Source: Candidatus Altiarchaeota archaeon
GTDB taxonomy: Archaea > Altiarchaeota > Altiarchaeia > IMC4 > SCGC-AAA252-I15
DNA length: 31,430 nt
Assembly: GCA_043800705.1 (NCBI GenBank)
Contig: JAZDMS010000005.1
Location: 1 to 31,430 of the forward strand
Direction of reading: 5' to 3'
Shown: piece after piece, positions 16,544 through 25,882 of the stretch
Numbering within the stretch: position 1 is the stretch's first letter
Layout of the letters: each line of letters begins with the position of its first letter
Position numbers and translations under genes: made by a program
Notes under the pieces: generated by a model
What the model was told of the DNA's origin: nothing
Databases searched by the model: none
What the model saw: only the letters and a program-made list of their open reading frames with translations

Positions 16544-17359
16544 TCAGCTCAGCTTCAGCTCGAACGCAGTGACCGGGACCTCGAGGCCGAAGTTCACGAT
16601 CACTTCTGGAAAAATCTCGCCGAAGAAGCCGTACCCGTTCTTGCTGCATCGGCCGGGAATGAAAGACGGATGATCGTAGGGGGAGTCTTCGGGATTCAAT
16701 TTCATGCTTGACAGGACGCCGTTGACGTTCGCCTTGATCTCGCTGTAGTTGGTCCTTCCGTGGGCTATGACGCCGGCGGCCTTGGTGACTGTCTTCCCGT
16801 CCGCGTCCAGGACGTCTGCGACCTCGAAGATCCTCTGCGGGTATTCCCGGTTGCGGTTCTTCTCGAGAACCACCATAAGGCTCGGTAGAAGCCATGTCCG
16901 GGCTATGCCCTGATCGAGGCTGACAGGCTTCAGCGCCTCCACAGCGCATTCGGCGGGTACGTTCATCCGCTCGAACAGGTCCCTCTGGTTTGTGAGCATC
17001 AACGTCATGACTTCGCGGAACTGCAAGCCGACGAGGTAGTCGCGCACCTCCTCGCAGTATGTCTCAAGCGGGTCGGCCTTCCCCAGACTGTATAGTTTCG
17101 GGACCTGAGGCTTGAAGTTCATGTAACCGTACGCTATCGCGACGTCCTCGACGAGGTCGATCGGGTGCATGATGTCGCTCCTGTACGGGGGCACTTTGAC
17201 CTTCAGGGAGGTGCCGTCTCCTTCGACTCCGAAACGCATCCTCTCCAGGAGGCCCTTTATCTCCCCGGCGCCGAGACTGAGTCCCAAGAGCTGATTGACG
17301 TATGCGACGTCCAAACCCACCTCGCGGGGCGACAAATCCGGCCTGATCATGGTGAACAT
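16544..17359 (-). CDS. pheT: Phenylalanine-tRNA ligase beta subunit, C-terminal half only (B5 + catalytic-like domain)
   Basis: VPPYRSDIMHPIDLVEDVAIAYGY (B5), RTWLLPSL, YPQRIFEV, HPSFIPGR, FGEI.PEV..NFGL..PV.AFEL. Confidence 0.88.
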   Translation of the reverse strand: MFTMIRPDLSPREVGLDVAYVNQLLGLSLGAGEIKGLLERMRFGVEGDGTSLKVKVPPYRSDIMHPIDLVEDVAIAYGYMNFKPQVPKLYSLGKADPLETYCEEVRDYLVGLQFREVMTLMLTNQRDLFERMNVPAECAVEALKPVSLDQGIARTWLLPSLMVVLEKNRNREYPQRIFEVADVLDADGKTVTKAAGVIAHGRTNYSEIKANVNGVLSSMKLNPEDSPYDHPSFIPGRCSKNGYGFFGEIFPEVIVNFGLEVPVTAFELKLS

Positions 17360-17515
17360 CTATTAAGACAAGGGATTATTAATCCAAAAATGAGACCCGG
17401 ATGAGTTTAGGGCAATGGCTTATGAGTTTGCATTCGTTGTGAGGAAGCATATAATTCAAAAGGTCTGCAATCGGGCATAGTTACTTATCACACAAAGTGT
17501 ACGAGATTAAGGCGT

Positions 17516-18103
17516 TTAAATGGTATTGTTTTTTATTATTTTCCCGTCTGGTTGATAATATTTTTCTTCGTGATCTAACGGGGAATGATCAATTTTTTCT
17601 ATGATGTGCGGCCTTTGAATTCCTTTAGACGATTCTGGCTTAGCCACATAGGAAAAATGATGTTTTCTGGGACCGTCTATGATACCGATCCGACCTTTCT
17701 GAACTTCTTGAGCGAATTGATTGTTCAGCCCATTAGGGGACCATACAGCACAGTATTTAATTTCGTCTAAATCTCCATCTTTAATTATTTTTTTCTGACC
17801 TACAAGATAGTATAATGATATGCCAATTGTACCTCCGTCATTTGGTCTTGGAACCAATAAATATTCCTTGACCCTGCCCGCAGTACCATGGTCGGTTGAA
17901 TGCCAGCAAGTTGTATCAACTCCAGAAATGGGGATCGACATTGGACTGAAAGTGAAATTAGATAATTTAAGCTCTGGTAGATTTTTTAAATCAATTCCCC
18001 GCCGGGCGGTTTCATCTAGAAGTTGTTTTGCATCTGAGAAGAACATATTGCATAAATTGCCCTTCATATGGGGTTCATACATAAAGCGGAGAACATTTGC
18101 CAT
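17516..18103 (-). CDS. Hypothetical protein in an AT-rich patch
   Basis: 195-aa open frame with ATG start and no recognised motif. Confidence 0.55.
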   Translation of the reverse strand: MANVLRFMYEPHMKGNLCNMFFSDAKQLLDETARRGIDLKNLPELKLSNFTFSPMSIPISGVDTTCWHSTDHGTAGRVKEYLLVPRPNDGGTIGISLYYLVGQKKIIKDGDLDEIKYCAVWSPNGLNNQFAQEVQKGRIGIIDGPRKHHFSYVAKPESSKGIQRPHIIEKIDHSPLDHEEKYYQPDGKIIKNNTI

Positions 18104-18263
18104 AAAATATGTTAAATTTTTCCAGCATTCCGATCATTTTTTTCATTGAGGTGTATCTTTCTGTGAATAATGATATAATAAAGGGATGGAACTTAGGAAA
18201 ACTGAAGGCGGTTCAGAATGTGATTGTGGCATACTTTAAAAAAATGCCCTGCTAAGGCTTGGT

Positions 18264-18473
18264 TCACCACGGCATTGACCGTCCCATGCCGGAGCCGCCC
18301 TTGGGCGACTTCTTCCGGTCTATGCGGAACTGGCGGCTGCACTCCTTAGAGCAGAACTTGTGGGTTATCCCGTCGAACTTCTTGGAGAACGGAAGCTCCC
18401 CGCCTTCGGCCTTGCATGAGGCGCACCGTTTCCCCTTCGAGCCCGGACCCTTGAGAAAATCCAGAAAACCCAT
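18264..18473 (-). CDS. Small TRASH/YHS-like metal-binding protein
   Basis: CASC...F..KFDG.THKFCSKEC pattern. TTATAT ~25 nt upstream of the ATG. Confidence 0.65.
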   Translation of the reverse strand: MGFLDFLKGPGSKGKRCASCKAEGGELPFSKKFDGITHKFCSKECSRQFRIDRKKSPKGGSGMGRSMPW

Positions 18474-18506
18474 ATGAAACCGTATAGGGCCCAGAGGATA
18501 TAATAA

Positions 18507-18977
18507 TCAACTCTGTGACGTCTTATCGCCGTGTCCAATCCCGATGGCCAACCATAGCAGGGAGATGAAGAGCGAGAACAAGACCTTGACGGCGAAAGGC
18601 AGGAGGCGGTCGATGAGCTGGATTGACACGAACGCCGCGATGAAGACGAGGACGACGCCGTTGGCCTTGCCATTGAAGGTGTATTCGCCCCAAAGCTGTT
18701 GGCTCCCGACTTTCTCCCTCCTTCCGGGCTCCTTGCCGATCTCCTGGACAAAGCGCTCCCGGGCCGCCTCGTCGTCCATTATCAGGGGAAGTCCGACCCA
18801 TCCGCAATCGTTGCAATGGACATTGGAGGGGGGCGTCCCGACTGCGATGCCGACTCCCCCGTAAAGGTTCTGTATGTCCGAACTGCCGCACCTCAGACAG
18901 ACCCTGATGCCAGAGACCATGGTTGAAAGTTGATGAGAATCCAGGTTAATATCCTCCATGGGATAAAACCGAGGCAT
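18507..18977 (-). CDS. Zn-ribbon membrane protein
   Basis: CLRCGS...CNDCGW followed by two C-terminal TM helices. Start at ATG 18977 (TGATG overlap) or 18920. Confidence 0.65.
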   Translation of the reverse strand: MPRFYPMEDINLDSHQLSTMVSGIRVCLRCGSSDIQNLYGGVGIAVGTPPSNVHCNDCGWVGLPLIMDDEAARERFVQEIGKEPGRREKVGSQQLWGEYTFNGKANGVVLVFIAAFVSIQLIDRLLPFAVKVLFSLFISLLWLAIGIGHGDKTSQS

Positions 18978-19657
18978 CACAAACCAGATACGGCCCTCAA
19001 ACAGAGAGATCTTTTCACAGGATCCCCCACCCTGCCGCACACCGACAGGTTCCCGGATACCCTAGCAGCGCAGAAGACGGCCTCGTCCGGATGCGCCCTG
19101 TCGTCGATCTTGAGGCATTCTTCGGCGTCTTCGGCGTTGTAGATCAGGCACCAGGCGAGTTCGTCGCCGGTCTGGTTTGCGCAGCCGGCTTTCTCCACGA
19201 TTCCAGGCGCGAGGCCTTCGGCGGTTTCCTTGCATTCCCGCCTCAATCCTTCGACCCCTATCTTCCCGCACAATGACGGATTATTTTCAGCTGCAGCCTG
19301 GCAGATGAGACGCATGTTCCCGCCGAGCCCCGCGCAGGCGGCGGTGCTGTTGGAGTATGCTGCGACCTCTATGAGGCATCCGGCCCTGTCGGGTCCGGGC
19401 GTGGTTTCGCAAAATTCGGGTGTTGGGTTCTTGCTGATGAGACATCTGCGGATCAATCCAACGTCGGGTTCGCCGCCTGCTGTCCTGAACGACATGCAAT
19501 CGGAGTCAATATCCGCGCTGATCGTCTTTTTCTCTTCGGTCTTCGTAACGCAGAGGCCGGGGTCGCCGGCCTTGGAGCCGTCCGGGCACACATACACCGT
19601 CGAGCCAATGCATCCGCAGAGGAATAGGACGATAATCGCGTGCATTGCGGTTTTCAT
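18977..19657 (-). CDS. Cys-rich secreted/lipoprotein-like protein
   Basis: Start at ATG 19657 (ATGA overlap with KaiC). Signal peptide ending LCGC, VCPDGS motif and repeated C-x2-I-x7-C units. Confidence 0.75.
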   Translation of the reverse strand: MKTAMHAIIVLFLCGCIGSTVYVCPDGSKAGDPGLCVTKTEEKKTISADIDSDCMSFRTAGGEPDVGLIRRCLISKNPTPEFCETTPGPDRAGCLIEVAAYSNSTAACAGLGGNMRLICQAAAENNPSLCGKIGVEGLRRECKETAEGLAPGIVEKAGCANQTGDELAWCLIYNAEDAEECLKIDDRAHPDEAVFCAARVSGNLSVCGRVGDPVKRSLCLRAVSGL

Positions 19658-20415
19658 TGCCTGCCTCCTGCGCCCGGTTGTTTGAAAGGGCAATCGACAG
19701 AGACTCCAATGCGCGATTTAATATCATCGTGGTATGCCATCCCTTCGGGGTTTGTGACATCCATTCCGGCGTCAGTTATTCGCATCAAGCGCGCCTCTTG
19801 GCTGTGCTTGGAACCCCTCATCTTTTCGATCTCTATGCGCCTGTGCCTTCGGCTGTGTCCGCCGTCTTCCCGGTTATGGGTGCGTATTATCGCATCCACC
19901 ATGTAGTCGATGCCGTAGCCCATGTCGGCCTGCCTCGACTCGCCCGTCAGCAGGGCGGTGAGCCGCCATTTTCGTATGTTGTCAAACAGCCTCTTCGTCT
20001 CGTTCCTCCTGCTGAGTTCCCCGTCGCAGGTCAGAAGGTATGCGCTTATCGAGTCTATGACGAGCCTTTTCGCATGGATTTTTCTAATCTCATGGTCCAG
20101 GGCCTGGTAGCCGTCGGATATCAGCTTCAGAAGCTCCTCTGCCCGGTACGATTCGAAGTATATGCTGCCTTCATCCTCCAACTTTTTCAGATCCCATCCG
20201 AATCCGAGCATGTTTCTGTAAAAGCCGTGTTTCTCCTCCTCGAGGCTGATATAGGCCCCGTTCTCTCCGGAACTGATTCCTTCCAGGAGGAACTGGACTG
20301 CCAGGGTCGATTTTCCGGTTCCGGGATTTCCGGAGATGAGGGTGATGGAATCCCTCAATAATCCGCCCCCCAACATCATGTCGAGGGCTTGTATGCCCGT
20401 CTTTGCACGGCTCAT
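19654..20415 (-). CDS. Single-domain KaiC/ArlH-like RecA-superfamily ATPase
   Basis: TGI..LD.MLGGG, Walker A GNPGTGKS, SLEE, Walker B LVIDS, IEKMRGS.H. Confidence 0.92.
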   Translation of the reverse strand: MSRAKTGIQALDMMLGGGLLRDSITLISGNPGTGKSTLAVQFLLEGISSGENGAYISLEEEKHGFYRNMLGFGWDLKKLEDEGSIYFESYRAEELLKLISDGYQALDHEIRKIHAKRLVIDSISAYLLTCDGELSRRNETKRLFDNIRKWRLTALLTGESRQADMGYGIDYMVDAIIRTHNREDGGHSRRHRRIEIEKMRGSKHSQEARLMRITDAGMDVTNPEGMAYHDDIKSRIGVSVDCPFKQPGAGGRQ

Positions 20416-22211
20416 ATGATCACGCCCACGACTTTTCCTGATATGACCTCCTTAAGGACGAGGTAAAGCGTCTCCGAAGCGAAAGCCATCATGAAAACAT
20501 ATCTCAAACCCTCCTTCGCCTTCCCGGTCGTGACCTCCCCGACTATCACGGACCCGAGGACGGAGATGGCCATCAGGCTGGCCATATAATACCTGTTGAG
20601 GAAGTCTGCCGACACCGGCTGAGAGGAATTCTTCAGCCAGCCCTGATGGGATATATCCTCGGGCAGGGACGACCTCATCTTGTCGCTGAATCTCCCCATC
20701 ACGGAGCCCGCGACGATAGATGTGCTGTAAAGAAGCGGCGCAGACAGGACGACGAGTATCAAAACCGTCGACCTGACCGAGACGAGTTGGGTTGCAACCG
20801 CCCGGCGGACATACTCCCTCTCCTGGAGGATGTCGGAAACGTGCAGAAGCGAGGAGGCAAGCCCCCTGCCGGCCTTTAGGCCGTGGCCTATCAGGTTGGC
20901 GGACATGTGCAATGGCTCGCTTTTTATCCTCTTCTTCAGCCTGCTAAGCGCCTCCTCGAACGTCAGGTTCTTGATCATGTCGGTCCCCATCAGCCTGATT
21001 TCGTCGCCCAGCACTCCGAATTCCTCCCTCGCGCTCATGAACAGCGCCTGGTCCGTCGCGACTCCGGCTTCCATGTTGGCGGCCATGATCCTGAGACTGT
21101 CAGGCAGGTAGAGGGCCGCCTTCTCGCCCCGCTCGTCGGCTTTGTATGCGAGCCGGGTGTAGAAAGCCACGAAAAAGAAAGATACCGTGATCGCCGACAG
21201 GTACGTGTAACCGATGCCCGCATACGGCCCCAGTATGAATGCCAGCAACAATCCGAAACCGGTGCACGCCAGCAGCCTCGACAGGAGATACCCGCCCCGG
21301 TTGGAATCGACGCCCGCATAGTCCAGAAGCTCGCTCATGTGTGCTCTGATGCCCGTCTTCTTTGCGACCTTGATGAATGAGCCGCCCATGATGGCTGGTT
21401 TGCCGAATTTTATCATGTAGAGGAAGATCAGCTGCACAGATATCGACGCGGCCAATATCGCCAGATATATCCTTTCACCGCCGAATCCGCCCACGCCGAG
21501 AGTCGATGTCGCCTGGACCATGACGGCTGCCAGCGCGGGCAGCACGATTCCGCCAAGGACGTAGAGCGTCAGCTGCCGCTCCATGCTCTTCCCGTAGCGC
21601 TGGGCCTCGTTTTCCTGCCGCCTCCTCAAATCCTCGATTATCGAGGACAGGCTCCCTTTCATGTCTGCCCCGGTCTCCAGTGCGTTGATCATCTGCCAAA
21701 CCACGCGCCGGTATATCACCGACGGATTCCGCCGTGTAGAGTCCTTGAATGCCCGCCTCAGGCCCCATTTGTGTGAATCGTCGAGTATCTTCCTCATCTC
21801 CGAGGAGAATTCGCCGTAGTCCATCCGCGCCACGTCCTCCAACGCCTGCGGGAACCCTATCCCCGAAGCCAGCTCGATGTTCAAGGCCTGGAGACTGAAA
21901 ACCAATCCTGTTTCGATCCGCCTCGCTCTGGAACGCATGAGCTGGCCCGGCCGGTAGACATGGAGGAACATCACCGCAGCGAAGGCGAACACTCCGATGA
22001 GAAGCGATGCGGCATGCGCAGGCTTTCCGCCCGCGACGAAGGCGACGCCGCTTGCGACCGATGCAAGAAGCGCCGCAGCCGAGGATTTCCATATCGCAGC
22101 CGACATGTATTCTACCGGAGTCTCGGCTATGCCCGCATCATCCAATTCCCGTTTCAGCCGTGGAAACCGCTCAGTGACTTTCTGCGCCAGAGCGTTTGAA
22201 CGATCGCCCAT
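20412..22211 (-). CDS. Type II/IV secretion system F-family membrane platform (fused TadB/TadC, ArlJ-like)
   Basis: Two repeats of TM + 'L.SG....AL...A...YG..S.E' T2SSF domains; directly follows the ATPase. Confidence 0.9.
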   Translation of the reverse strand: MGDRSNALAQKVTERFPRLKRELDDAGIAETPVEYMSAAIWKSSAAALLASVASGVAFVAGGKPAHAASLLIGVFAFAAVMFLHVYRPGQLMRSRARRIETGLVFSLQALNIELASGIGFPQALEDVARMDYGEFSSEMRKILDDSHKWGLRRAFKDSTRRNPSVIYRRVVWQMINALETGADMKGSLSSIIEDLRRRQENEAQRYGKSMERQLTLYVLGGIVLPALAAVMVQATSTLGVGGFGGERIYLAILAASISVQLIFLYMIKFGKPAIMGGSFIKVAKKTGIRAHMSELLDYAGVDSNRGGYLLSRLLACTGFGLLLAFILGPYAGIGYTYLSAITVSFFFVAFYTRLAYKADERGEKAALYLPDSLRIMAANMEAGVATDQALFMSAREEFGVLGDEIRLMGTDMIKNLTFEEALSRLKKRIKSEPLHMSANLIGHGLKAGRGLASSLLHVSDILQEREYVRRAVATQLVSVRSTVLILVVLSAPLLYSTSIVAGSVMGRFSDKMRSSLPEDISHQGWLKNSSQPVSADFLNRYYMASLMAISVLGSVIVGEVTTGKAKEGLRYVFMMAFASETLYLVLKEVISGKVVGVII

Positions 22212-24711
22212 CCTCTAACACCTCCTTTATGTCATCATTGCCGACCGCGGCACCGACTACCTTTGCCGGGTCCCGGTAGTACATCTGGATCAGATCCCCC
22301 AGGGTCTCGATGTCCTCGATCCCCTGTCCGAGCACCCATTCGACTATCCTCCTCTTCCCGTCGAGGTCCTGCCTGATCTCGTCCTTGTTCATATTCACCT
22401 TCTCCATCACACGCTGAAAATACGTCCTGGACTCATTCACCTGCACGAGCGCGTCCGTGTTCATGTCCAGCCGGTAGATCCTGTTGGCCGCCACCTTCCC
22501 GGCCTCGAGGACGTATTCCCCGACCTCCTTCACGCGCCGCTTCGGCTGCCTGTCGCCCTTGGATTTCACGGCCTCCAGTATCACGTTGAGGTGTATGTTG
22601 GCCAGGTCGCATGCCGCGACTCCAGCGTCTTCGAACCTCTGTATCGACGTGGAACAATCGCGAGTATGGATCGTGGACATCACCGGGTGGCCCATGGACG
22701 TCGCCCTCATCAGCGTCTCTATGTCGAGGCGTCCCCTGACCTCGCCCATGATTATGAAAGACGGATTCATCCGTAGGGCGTTGATCAGGAGCCGGTTCAT
22801 GGTCACATCGCCGTCATGCACGCCGGACTTGGTGGTCATCTTGGTCCAGTTCCTGAAAAAAGACGGAAGCTGGATCTCCCGCGTGTCCTCGACGGATACG
22901 ATGTGGTCGTTCTTCTGAAGGAAGAGGCTCAGTGCGTTGACGAAGCTGGTCTTCCCCGACCCAGTCTCCCCGGATACGAGTATGTTGAACCGATACTGCA
23001 AAGCCAGCCAGAGGAAGGCCATCACCTCGGCGCTTACCGTGCCGCGCCGGATCAGCCTGACGAAATTCCACGGCTTCTTCGAAAAGACCCTTATTTCCAT
23101 GACATATGACCCGCCGGCGGCCTCCGGTATGCAAACGTTGACCCGGTCTCCGGTGTGTAGAACCGCGTCCATGAGCGGGTGGCTCGCATCCACCTGCTGG
23201 GCGGTCTCCCTCGCAACAGCCTTCGCGTACCTGTCAAGTAGGTCGTTGTCCAGGACGAGGTTCGTCTCGACCCATTCCTGCACGCAGCCCACGTGCTTTA
23301 TGAATACCGGTTTGCCGCCCTGCGCCTTGATCTCCTCGACATTCGGGTCCCGAAGGAGATATTCGAGTTTGCCCAGGTGCATCTCGTTGCACATCTCAGA
23401 GACCATCGCCTTCCTCGCCCCCTCACCGACGAACGGCAGCTGACGTTCCACCGCCGAAGCGATGCTTCCGCGAAGCCGCCCCTTCACGTCCTTAAAATCG
23501 GCTGACGTCTTCACATCAGCCTCCTTGCAGCCGGGGTCGGCCTTCTCGTAGATTCTCGCCATCACCGCCTCCGTCGGCTCCATGAACTTAGGGGACCCGA
23601 GCCAGTATCTGACATCTCCGCCGTCCTCTGTCAGGACCGCCTTCAATGAGAGGTCGTCCTTTGCGATAACATAGGTGGATTTCTCCGTCCCGCATGGGAT
23701 TGGCAGATTTGAGTCAGTGCACGGGTCTGCCATTTTTTCTAGAATGCTCGTTCTCCCCCGGTTCCTCAATCTTATGATGCCCGCATCATGAAGGGTTTCT
23801 GCAACAGGCAGAAGGGCCTCGATTGTCGTGTTGAGGCATAATGCCGCCTTTTCGATGCCTATCGGAGAAAACACCAAGATAATGTCGGCTAAGACGTCAA
23901 GCTCGGTCTTGTATGTTAGGCTCCCCAATTCCTCCGACACTGAAGCGGCATATTTTCGGCGGATCAAAGTCGACACATCGGCCGGCACCGAGGCCCTGAC
24001 CCTTCTGAACACGCCCAGTCTCCTCGACTCCGACACGTCAAGGAGACCTTCGCAACCAAGATGCCTGACGATCGGGTCCAAATCCGACCGTGTCAGATTA
24101 AAATGCCCCATCAGCCAGTTGTCGTCAAAACCCCAGATCGCGGCATATTCTAGCACCCTCCGCGGATTAGCCTTGAAGCACAATCCGTCGGCCTTCTCGA
24201 TCGCCGCATCATGCCTTGCCGAAACGGTTGTGAAGGGCGGCGGGGATGGTATGCTTAGGTCACGACAAAGAGGCCTCTGCCCCTTTGTGCGGCACGAGGA
24301 GCGAAGCTCTTCGTTGTCGACAGCTTCTGGGCTGCTTCGGAGCCCACCCCGCAGCCCTCGCGGCGACTGCTTTTCGCAGACGTCGCGTGCCAAAGATCCG
24401 AATGATTTTTGGGCAACACACGCCACAATCCGCCCGGATTGCATGGGTTCGTCGTCCGCCTCCTTAAGAGGGGCGGATTGCGAGCGTTTCAGGGCGGGAA
24501 CGTGCCTTGGCAGAAGCCCGCTAAGCCTATCGTCTCGCAGCTCGTCGGTGGCGAACACCCGGTCCCCGTCCACGGTGAAAAGCCACTGCCTCCTGAGCCC
24601 CTCCACCATATCCTTCACATCCCCCACGTCTGCACCGAGGAGGGCGGCCATTTCATGCACGTCAACGCCTCCGGCATCCGGCACGACCGACGTCAATTCC
24701 CTCGCATTCAC
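22171..24711 (-). CDS. Type IV pilus/secretion ATPase (TadA/VirB11/ArlI-like) with long N-terminal extension
   Basis: LLRDPNVEEI, Walker A GETGSGKT, VEDTRE, LRMNP..IIMGEVRG, GH..MSTIH. Confidence 0.92.
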   Translation of the reverse strand: MNARELTSVVPDAGGVDVHEMAALLGADVGDVKDMVEGLRRQWLFTVDGDRVFATDELRDDRLSGLLPRHVPALKRSQSAPLKEADDEPMQSGRIVACVAQKSFGSLARDVCEKQSPRGLRGGLRSSPEAVDNEELRSSCRTKGQRPLCRDLSIPSPPPFTTVSARHDAAIEKADGLCFKANPRRVLEYAAIWGFDDNWLMGHFNLTRSDLDPIVRHLGCEGLLDVSESRRLGVFRRVRASVPADVSTLIRRKYAASVSEELGSLTYKTELDVLADIILVFSPIGIEKAALCLNTTIEALLPVAETLHDAGIIRLRNRGRTSILEKMADPCTDSNLPIPCGTEKSTYVIAKDDLSLKAVLTEDGGDVRYWLGSPKFMEPTEAVMARIYEKADPGCKEADVKTSADFKDVKGRLRGSIASAVERQLPFVGEGARKAMVSEMCNEMHLGKLEYLLRDPNVEEIKAQGGKPVFIKHVGCVQEWVETNLVLDNDLLDRYAKAVARETAQQVDASHPLMDAVLHTGDRVNVCIPEAAGGSYVMEIRVFSKKPWNFVRLIRRGTVSAEVMAFLWLALQYRFNILVSGETGSGKTSFVNALSLFLQKNDHIVSVEDTREIQLPSFFRNWTKMTTKSGVHDGDVTMNRLLINALRMNPSFIIMGEVRGRLDIETLMRATSMGHPVMSTIHTRDCSTSIQRFEDAGVAACDLANIHLNVILEAVKSKGDRQPKRRVKEVGEYVLEAGKVAANRIYRLDMNTDALVQVNESRTYFQRVMEKVNMNKDEIRQDLDGKRRIVEWVLGQGIEDIETLGDLIQMYYRDPAKVVGAAVGNDDIKEVLEDGRSFKRSGAESH
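24233..24491. repeat. Palindromic repeat element, copy 1, in-frame within the ATPase gene (left boundary approximate)
   Basis: Shares an 18/18 block (24416-24433), a 25/26 block (24466-24491) and a GCTTCT..GCT.CTTCG.AGCCCACC block with 26735-26868. Several internal hairpins. Confidence 0.8.
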
Positions 24712-25478
24712 AGCATCACCCCGTCCATCGTCTTTTTGGCTTTCCCGTATTCGGAAACGATCCTGGCAGCCAGGATCGGCCCATGAAAGTATCCGGTCCG
24801 GTTGGCCGATATTGAGATCGCATAATCGAGCGGACGGTCGGCCCTATTCTCCAGAGTCAGCCGATCACCGGTTATAGCCAGCGATAATTCGCCGTCGTTG
24901 ACGGCAATTGCGGATTCGCCGGTTATATTGAGCCTGCACGACCTGATGCAGAACCCGCTGTTCCCTGTGATGTTCGCATAAAGCCGGGCATCTCCGGGCT
25001 CACAATCGACAGAGCAATTGCCGATGTTTCCCCCGAATACTCCGGAGACAACGATCGAATCGGAATCCTCCGGCAGGCTCAAAGAGATGATCCTGAAAGA
25101 GTCCTGTGTATAGTTGGCTCCGTTCCCGCCCATCACGTAAGGGACCGGCTGCAGATCCAGGGAAACGTTCAACAGATCCGAACAGGCGCGCCTCAGCCCC
25201 GAGACCTGCGAGGCGTACTGTCCGAGGCTGTGCGGCAGCGTTCCCTCGAAGGACGCGGTAGCCCCCGACTGTGCGACCCTGACTCCGGCGAACATGTCAA
25301 AGGTCCGAACAATGTTCGTTGCGACGTTGGAGGAAACGCTTTCCGCCCGCTCGAGTTCGACCAGCCGGTCCATGGCATACAAGTCTTTGGATAGCCCGTC
25401 ATGGGATACGCTGAAGCTGAAAAATGCCCAACCTACGAGGGTAACGCCCAATGTGAAAAACACCCCGCGCCGGTTCAT
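24708..25478 (-). CDS. Pilin-like protein with class III signal peptide
   Basis: MNRRG|VFFTLG + hydrophobic helix; translationally coupled within the operon. Confidence 0.75.
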   Translation of the reverse strand: MNRRGVFFTLGVTLVGWAFFSFSVSHDGLSKDLYAMDRLVELERAESVSSNVATNIVRTFDMFAGVRVAQSGATASFEGTLPHSLGQYASQVSGLRRACSDLLNVSLDLQPVPYVMGGNGANYTQDSFRIISLSLPEDSDSIVVSGVFGGNIGNCSVDCEPGDARLYANITGNSGFCIRSCRLNITGESAIAVNDGELSLAITGDRLTLENRADRPLDYAISISANRTGYFHGPILAARIVSEYGKAKKTMDGVML

Positions 25479-25882
25479 CTTCGACCCACCCCCACGTGTG
25501 AAACGACATATGCGCCCGACCCGTCGGCGGACAAGAAAACCGCCTCGGCCAAGTCGCCATCCAAGACGGCCCCGTACGTCCTCCTGGATACCGCAACCAA
25601 TGAGCCGTTCACGATGACATGCCTGACCGACTCCAACGATGCCTTCATGTTCGGCGGAGCCGACCTGTTCAGCGCAGCCTCTATCCTGGCGCCGTCGGTT
25701 GACAGGAAGACACCCTCGTTTTCAAGGGCAAACCCAATGTCGTTGGCGGCACGGACCATGTTGACGTTGGCCCATCGGCTCCTGTTCGCGTCCTGTATGT
25801 AGAATACTGATGCCACGACAACCGACAACGACACCAGGACGGACAAGGCGCCGTCCGTCGTCAAAACAACCCCCCGCCTCAT
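25475..25882 (-). CDS. Pilin-like protein with class III signal peptide
   Basis: MRRG|VVLTTD + hydrophobic helix. Confidence 0.75.
   Translation of the reverse strand: MRRGVVLTTDGALSVLVSLSVVVASVFYIQDANRSRWANVNMVRAANDIGFALENEGVFLSTDGARIEAALNRSAPPNMKASLESVRHVIVNGSLVAVSRRTYGAVLDGDLAEAVFLSADGSGAYVVSHVGVGRR

Noticed and set aside
19654-24711. Archaellum (arlHIJ) or circadian clock assignment
   Set aside because: No archaellin or ArlF/G motifs. The KaiC is single-domain, lacks the ST phosphosite (GIDYMVD), and has no kaiB.
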